64,000 nt of DNA from an uncultured Caryophanaceae bacterium. Lineage in GTDB: Bacteria > Bacillota > Bacilli > Bacillales_A > Planococcaceae. The notes beneath the pieces are model-generated. The model was not told the DNA's origin. It made no database searches and worked only from the letters and a program-made list of their open reading frames with translations. Position numbers and translations under genes: made by a program. The stretch is taken from assembly GCA_963792445.1 (NCBI GenBank), contig CAWBWO010000007.1, positions 1,247 to 65,246 of the forward strand. The letters are read 5' to 3'. Shown here in pieces: positions 9,891 through 20,987 of this stretch; the first letter of the stretch is position 1; each line of letters begins with the position of its first letter.

Positions 9891-11018
9891 TTATCTCACT
9901 GCACAACGATTTGGACCGATTTCCATCTCTGTTTGCTCTTCCATATCTGGAGAAAGTTTGCCCATATTAGCTTTTCGAATTTGTTGGTACGCGTTTGGTT
10001 GTGGTGGTAAATTTTCAGTTACAAGAGAACGGAATTCTGCTTCATCACTCACATTTAAGCCATGATTTTCAGTAAATAAATCGCCTAAACGTTTTGCAAC
10101 GGTACCATCTTCATTTAATTCATCAATGATCATAAAATGGGCTGGTAGTACGATTAAGTCTTCTGCTAGTTCACGGTAGCGGTGATATAATGTTTCTCGC
10201 AAATCTGATACCCAGTCTTCTGCAAGCCCTGCTAAGTCTGGACGACCGATTGAATCGATGAATAAAATATCCCCTGTCAATAAATAGTGGTTGTCAATTA
10301 TAAAGGAGGTTGAACCAATTGTGTGACCTGGTGAATACAAGGCGTTTACTTCCATTTTTGTTGCACCCACTTGAACAATTGAGCCATCTTCTAGTGGTTC
10401 ATACGTAAATACAGCTTCTTCAGCATCTTTTTTCGAAATATAGTATTTTGCGCCTGTAGACTCTGCAATTTGGCGTCCTCCTGAAATATGGTCTGCATGC
10501 AAGTGTGTATCAAAAACGTGTTTGATCGTTACATTTTTTTCTTTTGCAAAGTTTAGGAAAACATCTTGGAAACGCACGGCATCAATGACAGCCGCTTCTC
10601 CTCCAGAAATCACCATATAGGATAAACAACCTTTTCCTAGACGAACAAATTGATAGATTTCGCAACCATCCGTTAAATCGCCTACTTTAATTGGTTCTAA
10701 GTACATACTCCAAGATTTCATACCACCTTCAAGGTATGCAACATCCCGTCCTGCATCAGAAAGCATCTCAGCTACCATAAGTGATGATCCTTCTTTTGCA
10801 CAAACGACTAATACATCTTTATCTGTTGGAATCTTAGGCAAAATTTCTTCCACGCCATCCAATAATTCAAAGTAAGGAATGTTCAAATAGTCGAACTTGT
10901 GGCCTTCAATTTTCCAATCCTCAAATGCGTCATGGTTACGTACATCTAAGATAAATAATTCTTGATTCTCTATAACTTTTCGAGCTACAAGACTTGCTGG
11001 CCATTTTGTTACTGCCAT
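9891..11018 (-). CDS. yrkH: Rhodanese plus MBL-fold persulfide dioxygenase-like protein
   Basis: N-terminal rhodanese (CAKEGSS), THLHADH, SPGHT, GRPDL, C-terminal NRCAV. Confidence 0.88.
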   Translation of the reverse strand: MAVTKWPASLVARKVIENQELFILDVRNHDAFEDWKIEGHKFDYLNIPYFELLDGVEEILPKIPTDKDVLVVCAKEGSSLMVAEMLSDAGRDVAYLEGGMKSWSMYLEPIKVGDLTDGCEIYQFVRLGKGCLSYMVISGGEAAVIDAVRFQDVFLNFAKEKNVTIKHVFDTHLHADHISGGRQIAESTGAKYYISKKDAEEAVFTYEPLEDGSIVQVGATKMEVNALYSPGHTIGSTSFIIDNHYLLTGDILFIDSIGRPDLAGLAEDWVSDLRETLYHRYRELAEDLIVLPAHFMIIDELNEDGTVAKRLGDLFTENHGLNVSDEAEFRSLVTENLPPQPNAYQQIRKANMGKLSPDMEEQTEMEIGPNRCAVR

Positions 11019-11024
11019 ATTCAA

Positions 11025-11040
11025 TTACCCCCATAGGTAT
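11025..11040. promoter_or_regulatory. CsoR/CstR-type operator (copy 4, overlapping yrkH RBS)
   Basis: TTACCCCCATAGGTAT. Confidence 0.65.
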
Positions 11041-11095
11041 ATTTTTTCTTTTTTATTTGGGAGAGCTCTTTGCCCTCCCAAATGATTCTTGTATT

Positions 11096-11491
11096 CTAGA
11101 AAGTTAGTGCTGGTGCTGCATCTTTTGCATATTCAAGGAATGTCACAGCGCCACCAACGTCTATGCCATCTATAAAATCTTCTTTTGTAAGTCCCATAAC
11201 ATCCATTGTCATTTGACAAGCGATGAATTTTACACCTAATTCTTGTGCCATTTCTACTAACTCTGGAATACTTGGTACATTTGCTTTGGCAAATCCTTCT
11301 GCCATAAATTCTTTTCCTTCTGGCATTGGTAGTGCATGCATTGCTTGTTTGTGGATTAAGTTAAGTCCTTCGAATGTAAAGAAAATACCTACTTCTTTTT
11401 CAGAAGCTGCTGCTGCTGTCGCGATATTGAATACTTTATACGCGTCGAAAAGACCACCATTACTTGCGATAATTGCTACTTTGTTTGACAT
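11096..11491 (-). CDS. yrkE: DsrE/DsrF/DrsH-like protein
   Basis: FFTFEGL, IACQMTMDVMG, VGGAVTFL. Confidence 0.85.
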   Translation of the reverse strand: MSNKVAIIASNGGLFDAYKVFNIATAAAASEKEVGIFFTFEGLNLIHKQAMHALPMPEGKEFMAEGFAKANVPSIPELVEMAQELGVKFIACQMTMDVMGLTKEDFIDGIDVGGAVTFLEYAKDAAPALTF

Positions 11492-11507
11492 TTTAATTCC
11501 CCCAATT

Positions 11508-12080
11508 TTAAATTAATTTTGTTAGATCGCCTTGCCAGCCTGTCATTCCGGGTAAGACGTTATATACTTTTGTAAAACCTGCTGATTCTAGCTTTTGAGC
11601 TGCTAAATCACTACGATTACCTGTACGACAAATCACATAAATTTCTTGGTTTTGATCCATTTCGCCAAGTCGTGCATCTAATTCGCCCATTGGAATCGAT
11701 TTTGCACCATCAATATGGCCAAAAGCGTATTCAGCTTCTTCGCGGACATCTAAGATTAGCCCACCATTTTTTGCACGTTCTTCTATTTCTTCTATTGGAA
11801 TAGTTGGTTCGTATGTTTTTTCAACCTCGGAGTTATCCGAACATTTACGAATATAGTGCAAGATCACGTCGTCTTCTTCTGTTACACCTATATATTGATG
11901 GCCAACCGTTTCAGACCAAGCACGCAAATCAGCAATGGATCCTTTATCGGTTGCCTGAACTTCTAAAATCTGTCCATCCTCTAAATTATTCATCGCTTTT
12001 TTGGTTTTGACGATGGGCATTGGACATGATAATCCTTTTGCATCTAATTGAACATCTGCTTTTATAGTCAAAATATCCAC
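11508..12080 (-). CDS. yrkF: TusA-rhodanese fusion sulfurtransferase
   Basis: DAKGLSCPMP plus CRTGNRS. Confidence 0.88.
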   Translation of the reverse strand: MDILTIKADVQLDAKGLSCPMPIVKTKKAMNNLEDGQILEVQATDKGSIADLRAWSETVGHQYIGVTEEDDVILHYIRKCSDNSEVEKTYEPTIPIEEIEERAKNGGLILDVREEAEYAFGHIDGAKSIPMGELDARLGEMDQNQEIYVICRTGNRSDLAAQKLESAGFTKVYNVLPGMTGWQGDLTKLI

Positions 12081-12085
12081 TCCTC

Positions 12086-12101
12086 ATACCACATAGGGTA
12101 T
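12086..12101. promoter_or_regulatory. CsoR/CstR-type operator (copy 3)
   Basis: ATACCACATAGGGTAT. Confidence 0.65.
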
Positions 12102-12119
12102 ATTACTTATTAAAAAAAT

Positions 12120-12416
12120 TTACTCAATTTTTCCTTCCCACGCTAGCATACCCCCTACCATATTGGTTGCGTCATATCCTTGTGAAGTGAGGAAGTCAGT
12201 TGCTTGCCCGCTACGTCCACCGGAACGGCATACCATTATATATGGAGTTTTTTTATTTAAGTCTGGTAGTTTTGCTTCCAATAATCGCAATGGAATATTG
12301 ACGATTCCTGGAATATGACCTACACTCACTTCATCTACTTCGCGAACGTCGATTAAATTTAACGCTTCACCATTTTCTAAACGTTGTTGTACTTCTTGCA
12401 CTGTCATTTCTTTCAT
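12120..12416 (-). CDS. Single-domain rhodanese
   Basis: IDVRE...GHIPG...CRSGGRS; start moved to MKEMTVQE. Confidence 0.88.
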   Translation of the reverse strand: MKEMTVQEVQQRLENGEALNLIDVREVDEVSVGHIPGIVNIPLRLLEAKLPDLNKKTPYIMVCRSGGRSGQATDFLTSQGYDATNMVGGMLAWEGKIE

Positions 12417-12421
12417 CCTAC

Positions 12422-12769
12422 TCATCCTCTCCAAGCACTCATACCACCACGGACATTTGTAATATGTTCGTAGCCTAGTTTCTTCAATTGTTTGCACGCT
12501 TGACTGCTGCGCATCCCACTTTGACAAATGACAACGATTTCCTTGTCTTTAGGTAATTTCGAAAAATCGGACCCAAGTGGAATATTCTTAAACTGACGAA
12601 TATTACGTGCATTATATTCACCAGGTGTTCGCACATCGATGAACATTTTGTTGCGATCATTGAGCATTTCCTTTAATTGCGCTGTAGAAATCGTTTGAAT
12701 CCCTTTTGCCGGCATCAACCGCCAAGCGATGAATGCTACAATCAAGATGAAGATAATACCTTCTGCCAT
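12422..12769 (-). CDS. Membrane-anchored rhodanese
   Basis: N-terminal TM helix, IDVRT, CQSGMRS. Confidence 0.88.
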   Translation of the reverse strand: MAEGIIFILIVAFIAWRLMPAKGIQTISTAQLKEMLNDRNKMFIDVRTPGEYNARNIRQFKNIPLGSDFSKLPKDKEIVVICQSGMRSSQACKQLKKLGYEHITNVRGGMSAWRG

Positions 12770-12802
12770 ATTAAAACCCCTTTCTATTTAAATATTTTAC
12801 CG

Positions 12803-12818
12803 ATACCCGTATAGGTAT
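12803..12818. promoter_or_regulatory. CsoR/CstR-type operator (copy 2)
   Basis: ATACCCGTATAGGTAT. Confidence 0.7.
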
Positions 12819-12848
12819 ATAAAATACTAAAAAATGAAAAGCCTTCAT

Positions 12849-13109
12849 TTATCGGCTCTTTACTAACAAATTTACTGCTTCTTGAATGGATTCATTCACT
12901 ATAGATGAATCATCATTCGCTTGCTTTACGCATTCTGCCAAATTCTCACTAACAATCACACCGATTGTCCGATCTATCCCAGAGCGTACGGCAGAAAGTT
13001 GTGTAATGACTTCTTTACAATCTTTCCCCTCATCCATCATCCGCAATATCCCTCTTAACTGCCCTTCCATCCGTTTCAAACGATTGGTGACATTGGAATC
13101 ATAGTTCAT
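12849..13109 (-). CDS. yrkD: CsoR/CstR-family persulfide-sensing repressor
   Basis: RLKRMEGQLRGILRMM...DCKEVITQLSAVRS...NLAEC (two Cys, no Cu-binding His). Confidence 0.88.
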   Translation of the reverse strand: MNYDSNVTNRLKRMEGQLRGILRMMDEGKDCKEVITQLSAVRSGIDRTIGVIVSENLAECVKQANDDSSIVNESIQEAVNLLVKSR

Positions 13110-13157
13110 CTCATACGCCCCTTTCTTTATGTGGTTTGTTTTCTTATTACATGCCTT

Positions 13158-13186
13158 ATATTATACCCCTATAGGTATGTTGTCAA
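13158..13186 (-). promoter_or_regulatory. SigA promoter with CstR-type operator between -35 and -10
   Basis: Minus strand TTGACA-17 nt-TAATAT; operator ATACCCCTATAGGTAT at 13163-13178. Confidence 0.75.
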
Positions 13187-13507
13187 CAGATAGATTTAAG
13201 TTTTTAGAGGAACATGTAGATAATCACCTTCCGTGGCAATAACTCTTTTGTCGATCAACGTTCCCATCGCGCTCAAATAAGAGCAATTTCAATTTCTCTT
13301 TGAATTTCAGGCCATAACAGGATATAAATTATCCAAAATGCAAAGACAATTCAAAAAATCGCAAGTAGACTACTCAAATTTTCAAGTAAACTAGTCATTT
13401 TCGCAATTAAAACTTTCAAATACGCAAATAAAGCCAACCCCAAATCAATTACAAAAAGCTAACCGATTCCAATATTCGGCTAGCTTTTTGTACGTTATCA
13501 AAATTAT

Positions 13508-16114
13508 TTATCGCCTTCTAACAAACAACAATTTAAACCACTGATTCACTAAAAACGGCATTAGAGCTAATCCATAAATCATGCCTAATTGAATGAAATT
13601 TAATTTTGCGACTTCAAATACTCCTGAAAGGGATGGCAAGAAGAGTACTGCATGTAAACTCACTACTCCTATAATAAATGCGACCCAAGCATACTTGTTT
13701 GAAAATACGCCAATCGTGAAGATGGATTGTTTGGATCTCGAGTTAAATCCATGGATTAATCTAGATAGGCATAATGTCGTAAATGCCATCGTACTTGCGG
13801 TCACCGTATTGCCCGTTGACAATCCCACACGAAACGCAAAAATGGTAGCAATGGCGATTAGTATCCCTTCTAACACCACTTGTGTTGTAAATCTTTTATT
13901 GAGTAGAGGCTTGTGAATATTTCTAGGCTTGTCCTTCATCACTTTTTTGTTTTGTGGTTCCAAACCAATCGCGATGGCTGGTAAACTATCGGTCAGTAAG
14001 TTAATGAATAGTAGATGCACAGGTGCAAAAGGAACTGGTAAACCAAAGACAGTTGCATATAATACAACGAAAATAGCGCCGGCATTCCCAGATAATAAGA
14101 ATAGAATGGCGTTTTTAATATTTGTATAGAGACTTCTACCATTTGCGATGGATTTAACAATGGTGGAGAAATTATCATCCGTTAATACCATGGAAGATGC
14201 GTCTTTCGCTACTTCTGTACCCGTGATCCCCATTGCGACCCCGATATCTGCTTGTTTTAACGCTGGTGCATCGTTCACTCCATCCCCTGTCATGGCAACT
14301 ACATGTCCTTTATCCTGCCACGCTTTGACGATTCGGAGTTTATGCTCTGGTGATACTCGAGCGTAGACAGAGAGATCTTCCACTTTATCTCGTAATTGCT
14401 CGTCCGTTAATTCTTCTATTTCATACCCTTCGATTGCTTCAGATGGATCTTGCAAAATACCAATTTGCTTGGCGATCGCGGTTGCAGTAATTTTGTGATC
14501 TCCTGTAATCATCACGGGTTTAACGCCAGCACTGATACAGTTCTCAACCGCTTCTTTCGATTCTTTTCTTGGTGGGTCCATAATGGCGATTAATCCGACG
14601 AAGATCAAATCTCGCTCGTCTCGTACATCGATTGCTTGTTGTGACCTTAACTCTTTGTACGTAATAGCTAATACACGTAAGCCATTTAGCGAAAAATTAC
14701 GGTTAACACTTTCAATTTTCTTTCGATGATCTTCTGTGATGTCAACTATGCCACGAGATGTTTCTATTTTTACAACTTTAGGTAAAAGGACATCGAGTGC
14801 ACCTTTTGTAATCATCCGATATTGATGATTGTACTGGTTCACTGTACTCATAAGCTTTCTGTCAGAATCAAAAGGAATTTCCGCCACTCTTGGGTATTGA
14901 TCTCTTACCTGTAATTCATCAAATTGGTATTCTCTTCCTAATTTAACGAGTGCCATTTCAGTAGGATCACCAATTTCGATATGATCACTTGTCACAGCAT
15001 CATTACATAATAAGGCCATTTCCAAAAACTTTTTCTGTAGACTATTTTCTATCAAAAGTTCATCTTGTGCCATTGTTTTTTGGTCGACATAAACGTATTG
15101 AGCAGTCATTTTATTTTCCGTTAATGTCCCCGTTTTATCTGAGCAAATAACGGATACACTTCCCAAACTTTCAACTGCATATAGTTTTCGTATGATGGCA
15201 TTTTCCTTAGCCATTTTTTGCGTACCAAAAGCAAGTACGATTGTAACGATGGAACTTAATGCTTCTGGAATAGCTGCTACAGCAAGCGAAACCGCGAACA
15301 TAAAAGATTCCACTAACTCTCTTCCACGAATTAAGTCAATCGCGAAAATCGCAACACAGATCATCGTGATGCCGAGTGCTAATTTTTCACCAAACTGATC
15401 AAGGCTTATTTGAAGAGGTGTTTTCTTTTCTTTTGCAGTATCGAGTAAATTGGCGATTTTCCCGATTTCTGTTTCCATTCCAATTGCTGTGACAATCGCC
15501 ATACCTCGTCCATTCGTAACAAAACTACCAGTGTGAACCATATTTTTCTTATCAGCAACACCAATTTGATCATCATGGATGAGCTCCGTATTTTTGGCTA
15601 CAGAAAGCGATTCTCCTGTCAGCGAACTTTCGTTAATTTGCAGATTATAGCTTTCGATTAGCCTGCCATCTGCACTAATATAATCGCCTGCTTCTAATAA
15701 AAGGATATCTCCCACCACAATCTCCTCTGATGGAATTTCTACTATTCTATTGTTACGCATGACTTTTGCAATGGGAGAAGTCAATGCTTTTAGATTGTCC
15801 AAAGATTGTTCTGCCTTCACATGTTGAACAGTTCCGAGAATCGCGTTTAATATAATGACAATCATAATAACAATCGTACTTTCAAATTCCCCTAATAGAA
15901 ATGAAATGGCAGCTGCAACCATTAAAATAATGACGAGCAAATCTTTGAACTGGCTAAAGAAAACAGCGATTGTACTTGTCCTTTTTCCTTCTTCTAACGC
16001 ATTTGGTCCGTATTCTTCTTGACGTATTTGAACATCTTCGTCAGCTAATCCTTCATTTGTAACATTTAACAAATCCATGACTTCTACAGTTGATTGTTGA
16101 TAATAATTCGACAT
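13508..16114 (-). CDS. P-type ATPase, type IIA (Ca2+-transporting)
   Basis: TGES, AIPEAL, DKTGTLT, TGDGVNDAP, NLLTDS. Confidence 0.93.
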   Translation of the reverse strand: MSNYYQQSTVEVMDLLNVTNEGLADEDVQIRQEEYGPNALEEGKRTSTIAVFFSQFKDLLVIILMVAAAISFLLGEFESTIVIMIVIILNAILGTVQHVKAEQSLDNLKALTSPIAKVMRNNRIVEIPSEEIVVGDILLLEAGDYISADGRLIESYNLQINESSLTGESLSVAKNTELIHDDQIGVADKKNMVHTGSFVTNGRGMAIVTAIGMETEIGKIANLLDTAKEKKTPLQISLDQFGEKLALGITMICVAIFAIDLIRGRELVESFMFAVSLAVAAIPEALSSIVTIVLAFGTQKMAKENAIIRKLYAVESLGSVSVICSDKTGTLTENKMTAQYVYVDQKTMAQDELLIENSLQKKFLEMALLCNDAVTSDHIEIGDPTEMALVKLGREYQFDELQVRDQYPRVAEIPFDSDRKLMSTVNQYNHQYRMITKGALDVLLPKVVKIETSRGIVDITEDHRKKIESVNRNFSLNGLRVLAITYKELRSQQAIDVRDERDLIFVGLIAIMDPPRKESKEAVENCISAGVKPVMITGDHKITATAIAKQIGILQDPSEAIEGYEIEELTDEQLRDKVEDLSVYARVSPEHKLRIVKAWQDKGHVVAMTGDGVNDAPALKQADIGVAMGITGTEVAKDASSMVLTDDNFSTIVKSIANGRSLYTNIKNAILFLLSGNAGAIFVVLYATVFGLPVPFAPVHLLFINLLTDSLPAIAIGLEPQNKKVMKDKPRNIHKPLLNKRFTTQVVLEGILIAIATIFAFRVGLSTGNTVTASTMAFTTLCLSRLIHGFNSRSKQSIFTIGVFSNKYAWVAFIIGVVSLHAVLFLPSLSGVFEVAKLNFIQLGMIYGLALMPFLVNQWFKLLFVRRR

Positions 16115-16370
16115 ATAATCCCCTTTCTTTCGAGATGACTAGAATTTCTAGAATGGCAGGAACTTTAGTAGATGTCCTAGTATCTAAATTCTTATATAGA
16201 GCTCTACTAATATATTCTTTGAATTCTTTTCATATGATTCGAAAAGTAGATAGATGAAAAAATAGATACAATAAGAGCAGGAAAAGTTTTTACTAGCAAT
16301 TTTCTCATCATTTTCTCATCAAAAGATTATAGAATAGTACAGTATGCTATTAGAAAGAGGGGGTAAAATT

Positions 16371-17628
16371 TTGGCAAATCAATTTAAAAAGACGTTTTGT
16401 GTGGCCATGATGACAGGATTAATTGGATCTACTACCATCATGACTTTGCCTGATTCAATTACGGCATCTGCATCAAGTGGATACACTTTAAAAAATGGTA
16501 AGTTAATTTCAACAAAAACGAAAAAAACAGTGAAGGGTTACAAATTTTATAAGTCAACATTATATAAGAATGGAACAAAATATACTGGGACTTACAAAGG
16601 GCTTAGATATAAGAGTGGTAAAAAATTTAACGGTGCTTACAAAGGCATTAGATATAAGAGCGGCAAAAAATTGACTGGTGCTTACAAAGGGATTCAATAT
16701 AATAATGGCCAATATTACACAGGAACAAAAAATGGCATTACATATAAAGCCGGAAAAGTAGTATCGGCCACAAATGTAAATAAAGTTGACAAAACAGCAA
16801 TTGTCTATGTAAAAGATCAACCATTACTCAAAGCGTTAAATGATTTATTAGGTCGAAAAAACTTAACCCAAAATATAACAGTAGCTGATTTAAGAAGTTT
16901 TAAAGGCACATTATTCTTAAATGGTGATACGGATGAAAGAGAAACCTTTGGAATGTTCGATATTGAGGATATTCAACCACTTGCATTCTGTACCAATATT
17001 GACGAACTTTCGATCGCAAATAATGCGATTCATTCGATCATTCCTCTTTCAAAACTAACCAATTTAAAAAAATTAAACATTAGTTTCAACAATCTTCAAT
17101 TTATCGATTCTCTTGAAAAATTAACGAATTTAACGGAATTAAAAGTCGCTGGCAATACTTTAAAAACTGTTGATGTCGTTCAAAAAATGCCCAATTTGCA
17201 AGCCTTAGACGCATGGAATAATAAGATTGAAAACATAGAGGGCATCGGGAATTTATCGAAATTAAACTATCTGAATTTAAACGACAATAAAATTCAAGAT
17301 ATTTCGGAAATTGCATCATTAACAAATCTTACAGAACTAAATTTGACCAATAATAAGATTAAAAACATCGAAAAACTTAATGGAAATACTAAATTAGTCA
17401 CGCTTTATTTAGGATATAATAGCATTTTTTCAATTGACGGATTAAATGCATTAACAAATCTTAAAACGCTTTATGTAAATGATAATTATCTAACTTCAAT
17501 GGATTCACTCTCTTCATTGAAAAACCTATACGACTTTGCATATTGAAAGAAATGAAATTTCGAAAGACGCCATTCTTCCAGAAACTACTTGGCCTCATGA
17601 TGGAAGATTATTTAAACGATACGAATAA
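16371..17628 (+). CDS. Secreted internalin-like leucine-rich repeat protein with N-terminal 15-aa Tyr/Lys/Gly repeats
   Basis: Signal peptide ending ASA; YKGxxYKSGKKxxGA repeats; 22-aa LRRs. A +1 frameshift near 17529 hides the continuation TTLHIERNEISK...YE* to 17628. Confidence 0.8.
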
Positions 17629-17846
17629 CTAAAAAAATCTCCTTTGTATGGAATTTTCCACACGGAGGAGATTTCTTTTGTGTCTAAGTCGATTCATTAA
17701 TTAGAAGAGGCTGAATCGCTAGTTCAAACGCCAGCTGGAGCATCATTCTAAATAAAATATTATTCGATATATAGGAATTTTTTAGTAATCTTATTACTTT
17801 TGATGTATAATCTTTCTAGATAAAGTGAAAAAGGAACTGGTGCTTT

Positions 17847-20621
17847 ATGCATAAAGAACAAACAAGATATTCTAGATTAGCTCAGATTACCAAATTGATT
17901 AACACCAATCTTAATTTATGTGAAGTCATGAATCAGGTTACATATGCGATTGCTGAAGAAATTGTTCAATGCCATTCGATTGGAATTTATTTTCCTCAAG
18001 ATGATGGGTCATTTAAGGGGAAAATAAGGAATCTTTCAAATAGAAATGACTATAACGTAAGCAACCATGTCATCCATCCTGATTCAGATTGGATTGTAAA
18101 AGAAGTAGTTGAATCTAAAAAAACGATCTATCTTCCCAATACTTCAATAGAACAGTGGCTTCAAACAGACTCGATAAAAAAATTTAACATTCATTCACTT
18201 ATAGCCCTCCCCTTCTCTATTGATAATGAGTTATTAGGGCTTGTCTTTTTATTTAATCACCATACTGAGTTGAACTTATCAGAAAATGATATTCAAACGG
18301 TTGAAACCTATATTGGTATGGCATCCGTTGCCATTCGAAACGCAAAAGAATTAACGTATAAAGAACATCTTATTAAAGAAAAACAGTTATTATTGGATGC
18401 GACACGTGATTTATCCATGTGTTCCTCTATGCACGACTGTATCGATCGATGTTTTTTCTATTTAGCAAAAGTTTTAGGCACGCATGATATTGGACTTCAT
18501 TTACTTGACCCCATCGCTTTAGAAAAGTTAAAACCGATGACCTTAAGCAAAGAATGTAAGTGGACAGAAGAAGAGTTTGTTTTGAAACATCAATTAGCCA
18601 ATGTGGATCCTAATAATGATGCGGTCATGCAAGAAGTGTATAGGACACAAAAAGCGGTGTTTATACCTGATGTCTCAAGAGATGATCGACCTAACAAAGC
18701 TGTATGCCAGAATTTTGAAATTAAGAGTCTTCTCATGATGCCCTTGATTTCAATGGGAGAGATTTTAGGTCAATTTTGTATCGCAAACCTTGGAGATGAG
18801 GAAATCCATCACATAGAAAACACACTACAACTGGCTCAGTCTATGATCGATGCAACAGCTTCAACTCTTTCCAATCTATTATTTATGGAAAAGCAAGTGG
18901 AAATTATTGAAAACAGAACATCTGAATTATGTTTAAAAAACCAAGAACTCGAACAAGCACTAGCAGAATTACAACTCTTAAGTCGCGAAAAAGAATTAAT
19001 CCTTAACTCTGCTGGTGAAGGAATTTTCGGTTTAGATCTTCATCACCGGATCACATTTTGTAATCCATCTGGTGCACGAATGCTTGGCTATGAAAGAGAA
19101 GATGAGTTAATCGGACAATCCGTTCATTCTATTTTCCATGGAGTTCCTGCAAACTTATCGTTAAATTCGGATTATGTTGAAAAAGAATGCGAATTTTTTA
19201 GAAAAGACCATACCAGTTTTCCCGTTGAATATGTCATTGCTTGCATCGTAGAGGATAACGAAATCGTAGGAGAAGTAGTTACTTTTAAAGACATTAAGGA
19301 AAGAAAACAATTAGAAGAAAAGATTACATATCACGCATATTATGATAGTTTAACAGATTTGCCCAATAGACTATTGTTAACAGAACGATTGACAGAAGGA
19401 ATCATTAATGCGATAGAAAAAAATGAGAAATTTGCCATGTTGTACTTAGATTTAGACCGTTTCAAATATATCAATGATTCTCTCGGTCATTCGATTGGTG
19501 ATCACCTATTGTGCGATGTTGCCACAAGATTACGTGAATGTGTTCCTCCTACTGCCACATTATCACGGCAAGGTGGAGATGAGTTTGCTATCTATTTACC
19601 GCATATAAAAGATCGAATCGAAGTTTTGCATATCGTGAATCGTATCATCCAAGCTTTCTCTAAGCCATTTCAATTAGTAGACAATGAACTGTTTATTAAA
19701 ACGAGTATTGGTATTAGTCTATATCCTGAACACGGTGACACGACAGAATTGCTGATCAAAAATGCGGATACAGCTATGTACAAAGCCAAGAAAATGACAG
19801 GAAATAGTTATCATTTCTTCTCTGAAGGCATGGCAATCAAAAACTATGAAAATATTAAAATAGAAAATGCACTATATAAAGCATTAGAAAACGATGAATT
19901 TGTTCTCTACTACCAACCACAAATCAACTATCAAACAATGCAACTTGAGGGAGTAGAAGCTTTAGTAAGATGGATTCATCCAGAAAAAGGAATAATTCCT
20001 CCAGTTCATTTTATCCCAATTGCAGAAGAGACTGGTATAATCATTTCACTAGGTGAATGGGTTTTAAGGGAAGCTTGTAAACAAATGACATTATGGCTTT
20101 GCAAAGGATATAAGCTAAAAAGTATGTCTGTCAATATCTCGGTATGTCAATTTGAACAAATCAATCTATTTTCAGTTGTCAAAAATATCCTAGAAGAAGT
20201 TGGGCTTGCACCAGAGTATTTACAGCTCGAACTGACAGAAAACCTAATTATCAAAAATACAGAGTTAACATTAAAAACCATGAAAGAACTGAATGCACTA
20301 GGGATTAAAATTGCCATTGATGATTTTGGTACAGGATACTCATCGTTGGGCTATTTAAGGAATTTGCCCATTTCAACATTGAAAATTGATAAGTCATTTG
20401 TCGATGTTATGTTCCAAGATGAAGGGGCAATCACAAACACAATCATCAACCTAGCTAAAAACCTAAATCTTGATGTCATAGCAGAAGGGGTAGAAACGAA
20501 GGACCAAGCAGAAATTTTACGGTCTCAAGATTGTACGTTTATGCAAGGGTATTATTTCAGTAAGCCGATCACTGCTACTGAATTTGAAACAAAATATTTC
20601 TTGTCTCCCTCACAATGTTAA
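17847..20621 (+). CDS. GAF-GAF-PAS-GGDEF-EAL c-di-GMP enzyme
   Basis: [21 protein letters not shown]; two GAF-like domains and a PAS domain upstream. Confidence 0.92.
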   Translation: MHKEQTRYSRLAQITKLINTNLNLCEVMNQVTYAIAEEIVQCHSIGIYFPQDDGSFKGKIRNLSNRNDYNVSNHVIHPDSDWIVKEVVESKKTIYLPNTSIEQWLQTDSIKKFNIHSLIALPFSIDNELLGLVFLFNHHTELNLSENDIQTVETYIGMASVAIRNAKELTYKEHLIKEKQLLLDATRDLSMCSSMHDCIDRCFFYLAKVLGTHDIGLHLLDPIALEKLKPMTLSKECKWTEEEFVLKHQLANVDPNNDAVMQEVYRTQKAVFIPDVSRDDRPNKAVCQNFEIKSLLMMPLISMGEILGQFCIANLGDEEIHHIENTLQLAQSMIDATASTLSNLLFMEKQVEIIENRTSELCLKNQELEQALAELQLLSREKELILNSAGEGIFGLDLHHRITFCNPSGARMLGYEREDELIGQSVHSIFHGVPANLSLNSDYVEKECEFFRKDHTSFPVEYVIACIVEDNEIVGEVVTFKDIKERKQLEEKITYHAYYDSLTDLPNRLLLTERLTEGIINAIEKNEKFAMLYLDLDRFKYINDSLGHSIGDHLLCDVATRLRECVPPTATLSRQGGDEFAIYLPHIKDRIEVLHIVNRIIQAFSKPFQLVDNELFIKTSIGISLYPEHGDTTELLIKNADTAMYKAKKMTGNSYHFFSEGMAIKNYENIKIENALYKALENDEFVLYYQPQINYQTMQLEGVEALVRWIHPEKGIIPPVHFIPIAEETGIIISLGEWVLREACKQMTLWLCKGYKLKSMSVNISVCQFEQINLFSVVKNILEEVGLAPEYLQLELTENLIIKNTELTLKTMKELNALGIKIAIDDFGTGYSSLGYLRNLPISTLKIDKSFVDVMFQDEGAITNTIINLAKNLNLDVIAEGVETKDQAEILRSQDCTFMQGYYFSKPITATEFETKYFLSPSQC

Positions 20622-20792
20622 AAAGAATAATAAAAAAGTTCCCTCCCTTTCGCTATTGTGAAAGTTAGGGAAAACTTTTTGGTATATTTCTATATCTTAT
20701 TGTGATATAATAATGGAAGACTATTTAATAGTGATAGATACAATTGATTGATAACAATTCACCATTTTGTATCCACATCCAATGTAATGTTA

Positions 20793-20865
20793 GCCTTTAT
20801 AGCTCAGGGGATAGAGCAAAAGTTTCCTAAACTTTAGGTCGCAGGTTCGAATCCTGCTAAGGGCA
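20793..20865 (+). tRNA. tRNA-Arg (anticodon CCT)
   Basis: Acceptor GCCTTTA/TAAGGGC, D arm GCTC/GAGC, anticodon arm AAAGT-TTCCTAA-ACTTT, T arm GCAGG-TTCGAAT-CCTGC; CCA not encoded. Confidence 0.93.
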
Positions 20866-20881
20866 TCTTTTATTAAGTCCG

Positions 20882-20907
20882 AAAACCCTTGATTTCAAGG
20901 GTTTTTT
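20882..20907. other. AAACCCTTG-N-CAAGGGTTT palindrome (tRNA terminator and/or att-associated motif)
   Basis: AAAACCCTTGATTTCAAGGGTTTTTT directly downstream of the tRNA. Confidence 0.65.
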
Positions 20908-20987
20908 ATATTTTGAGTAGAAAATGAATCTATTACTCTTTTGAGATTTTTTTAGATACAATGAATTACTTACTAATATCATACCTT

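Noticed and set aside
12148-12163. Fifth CstR-type operator (ATACCCCCTACCATAT)
   Set aside because: Right arm is mismatched and the sequence is explained by the rhodanese MVGGM codons.
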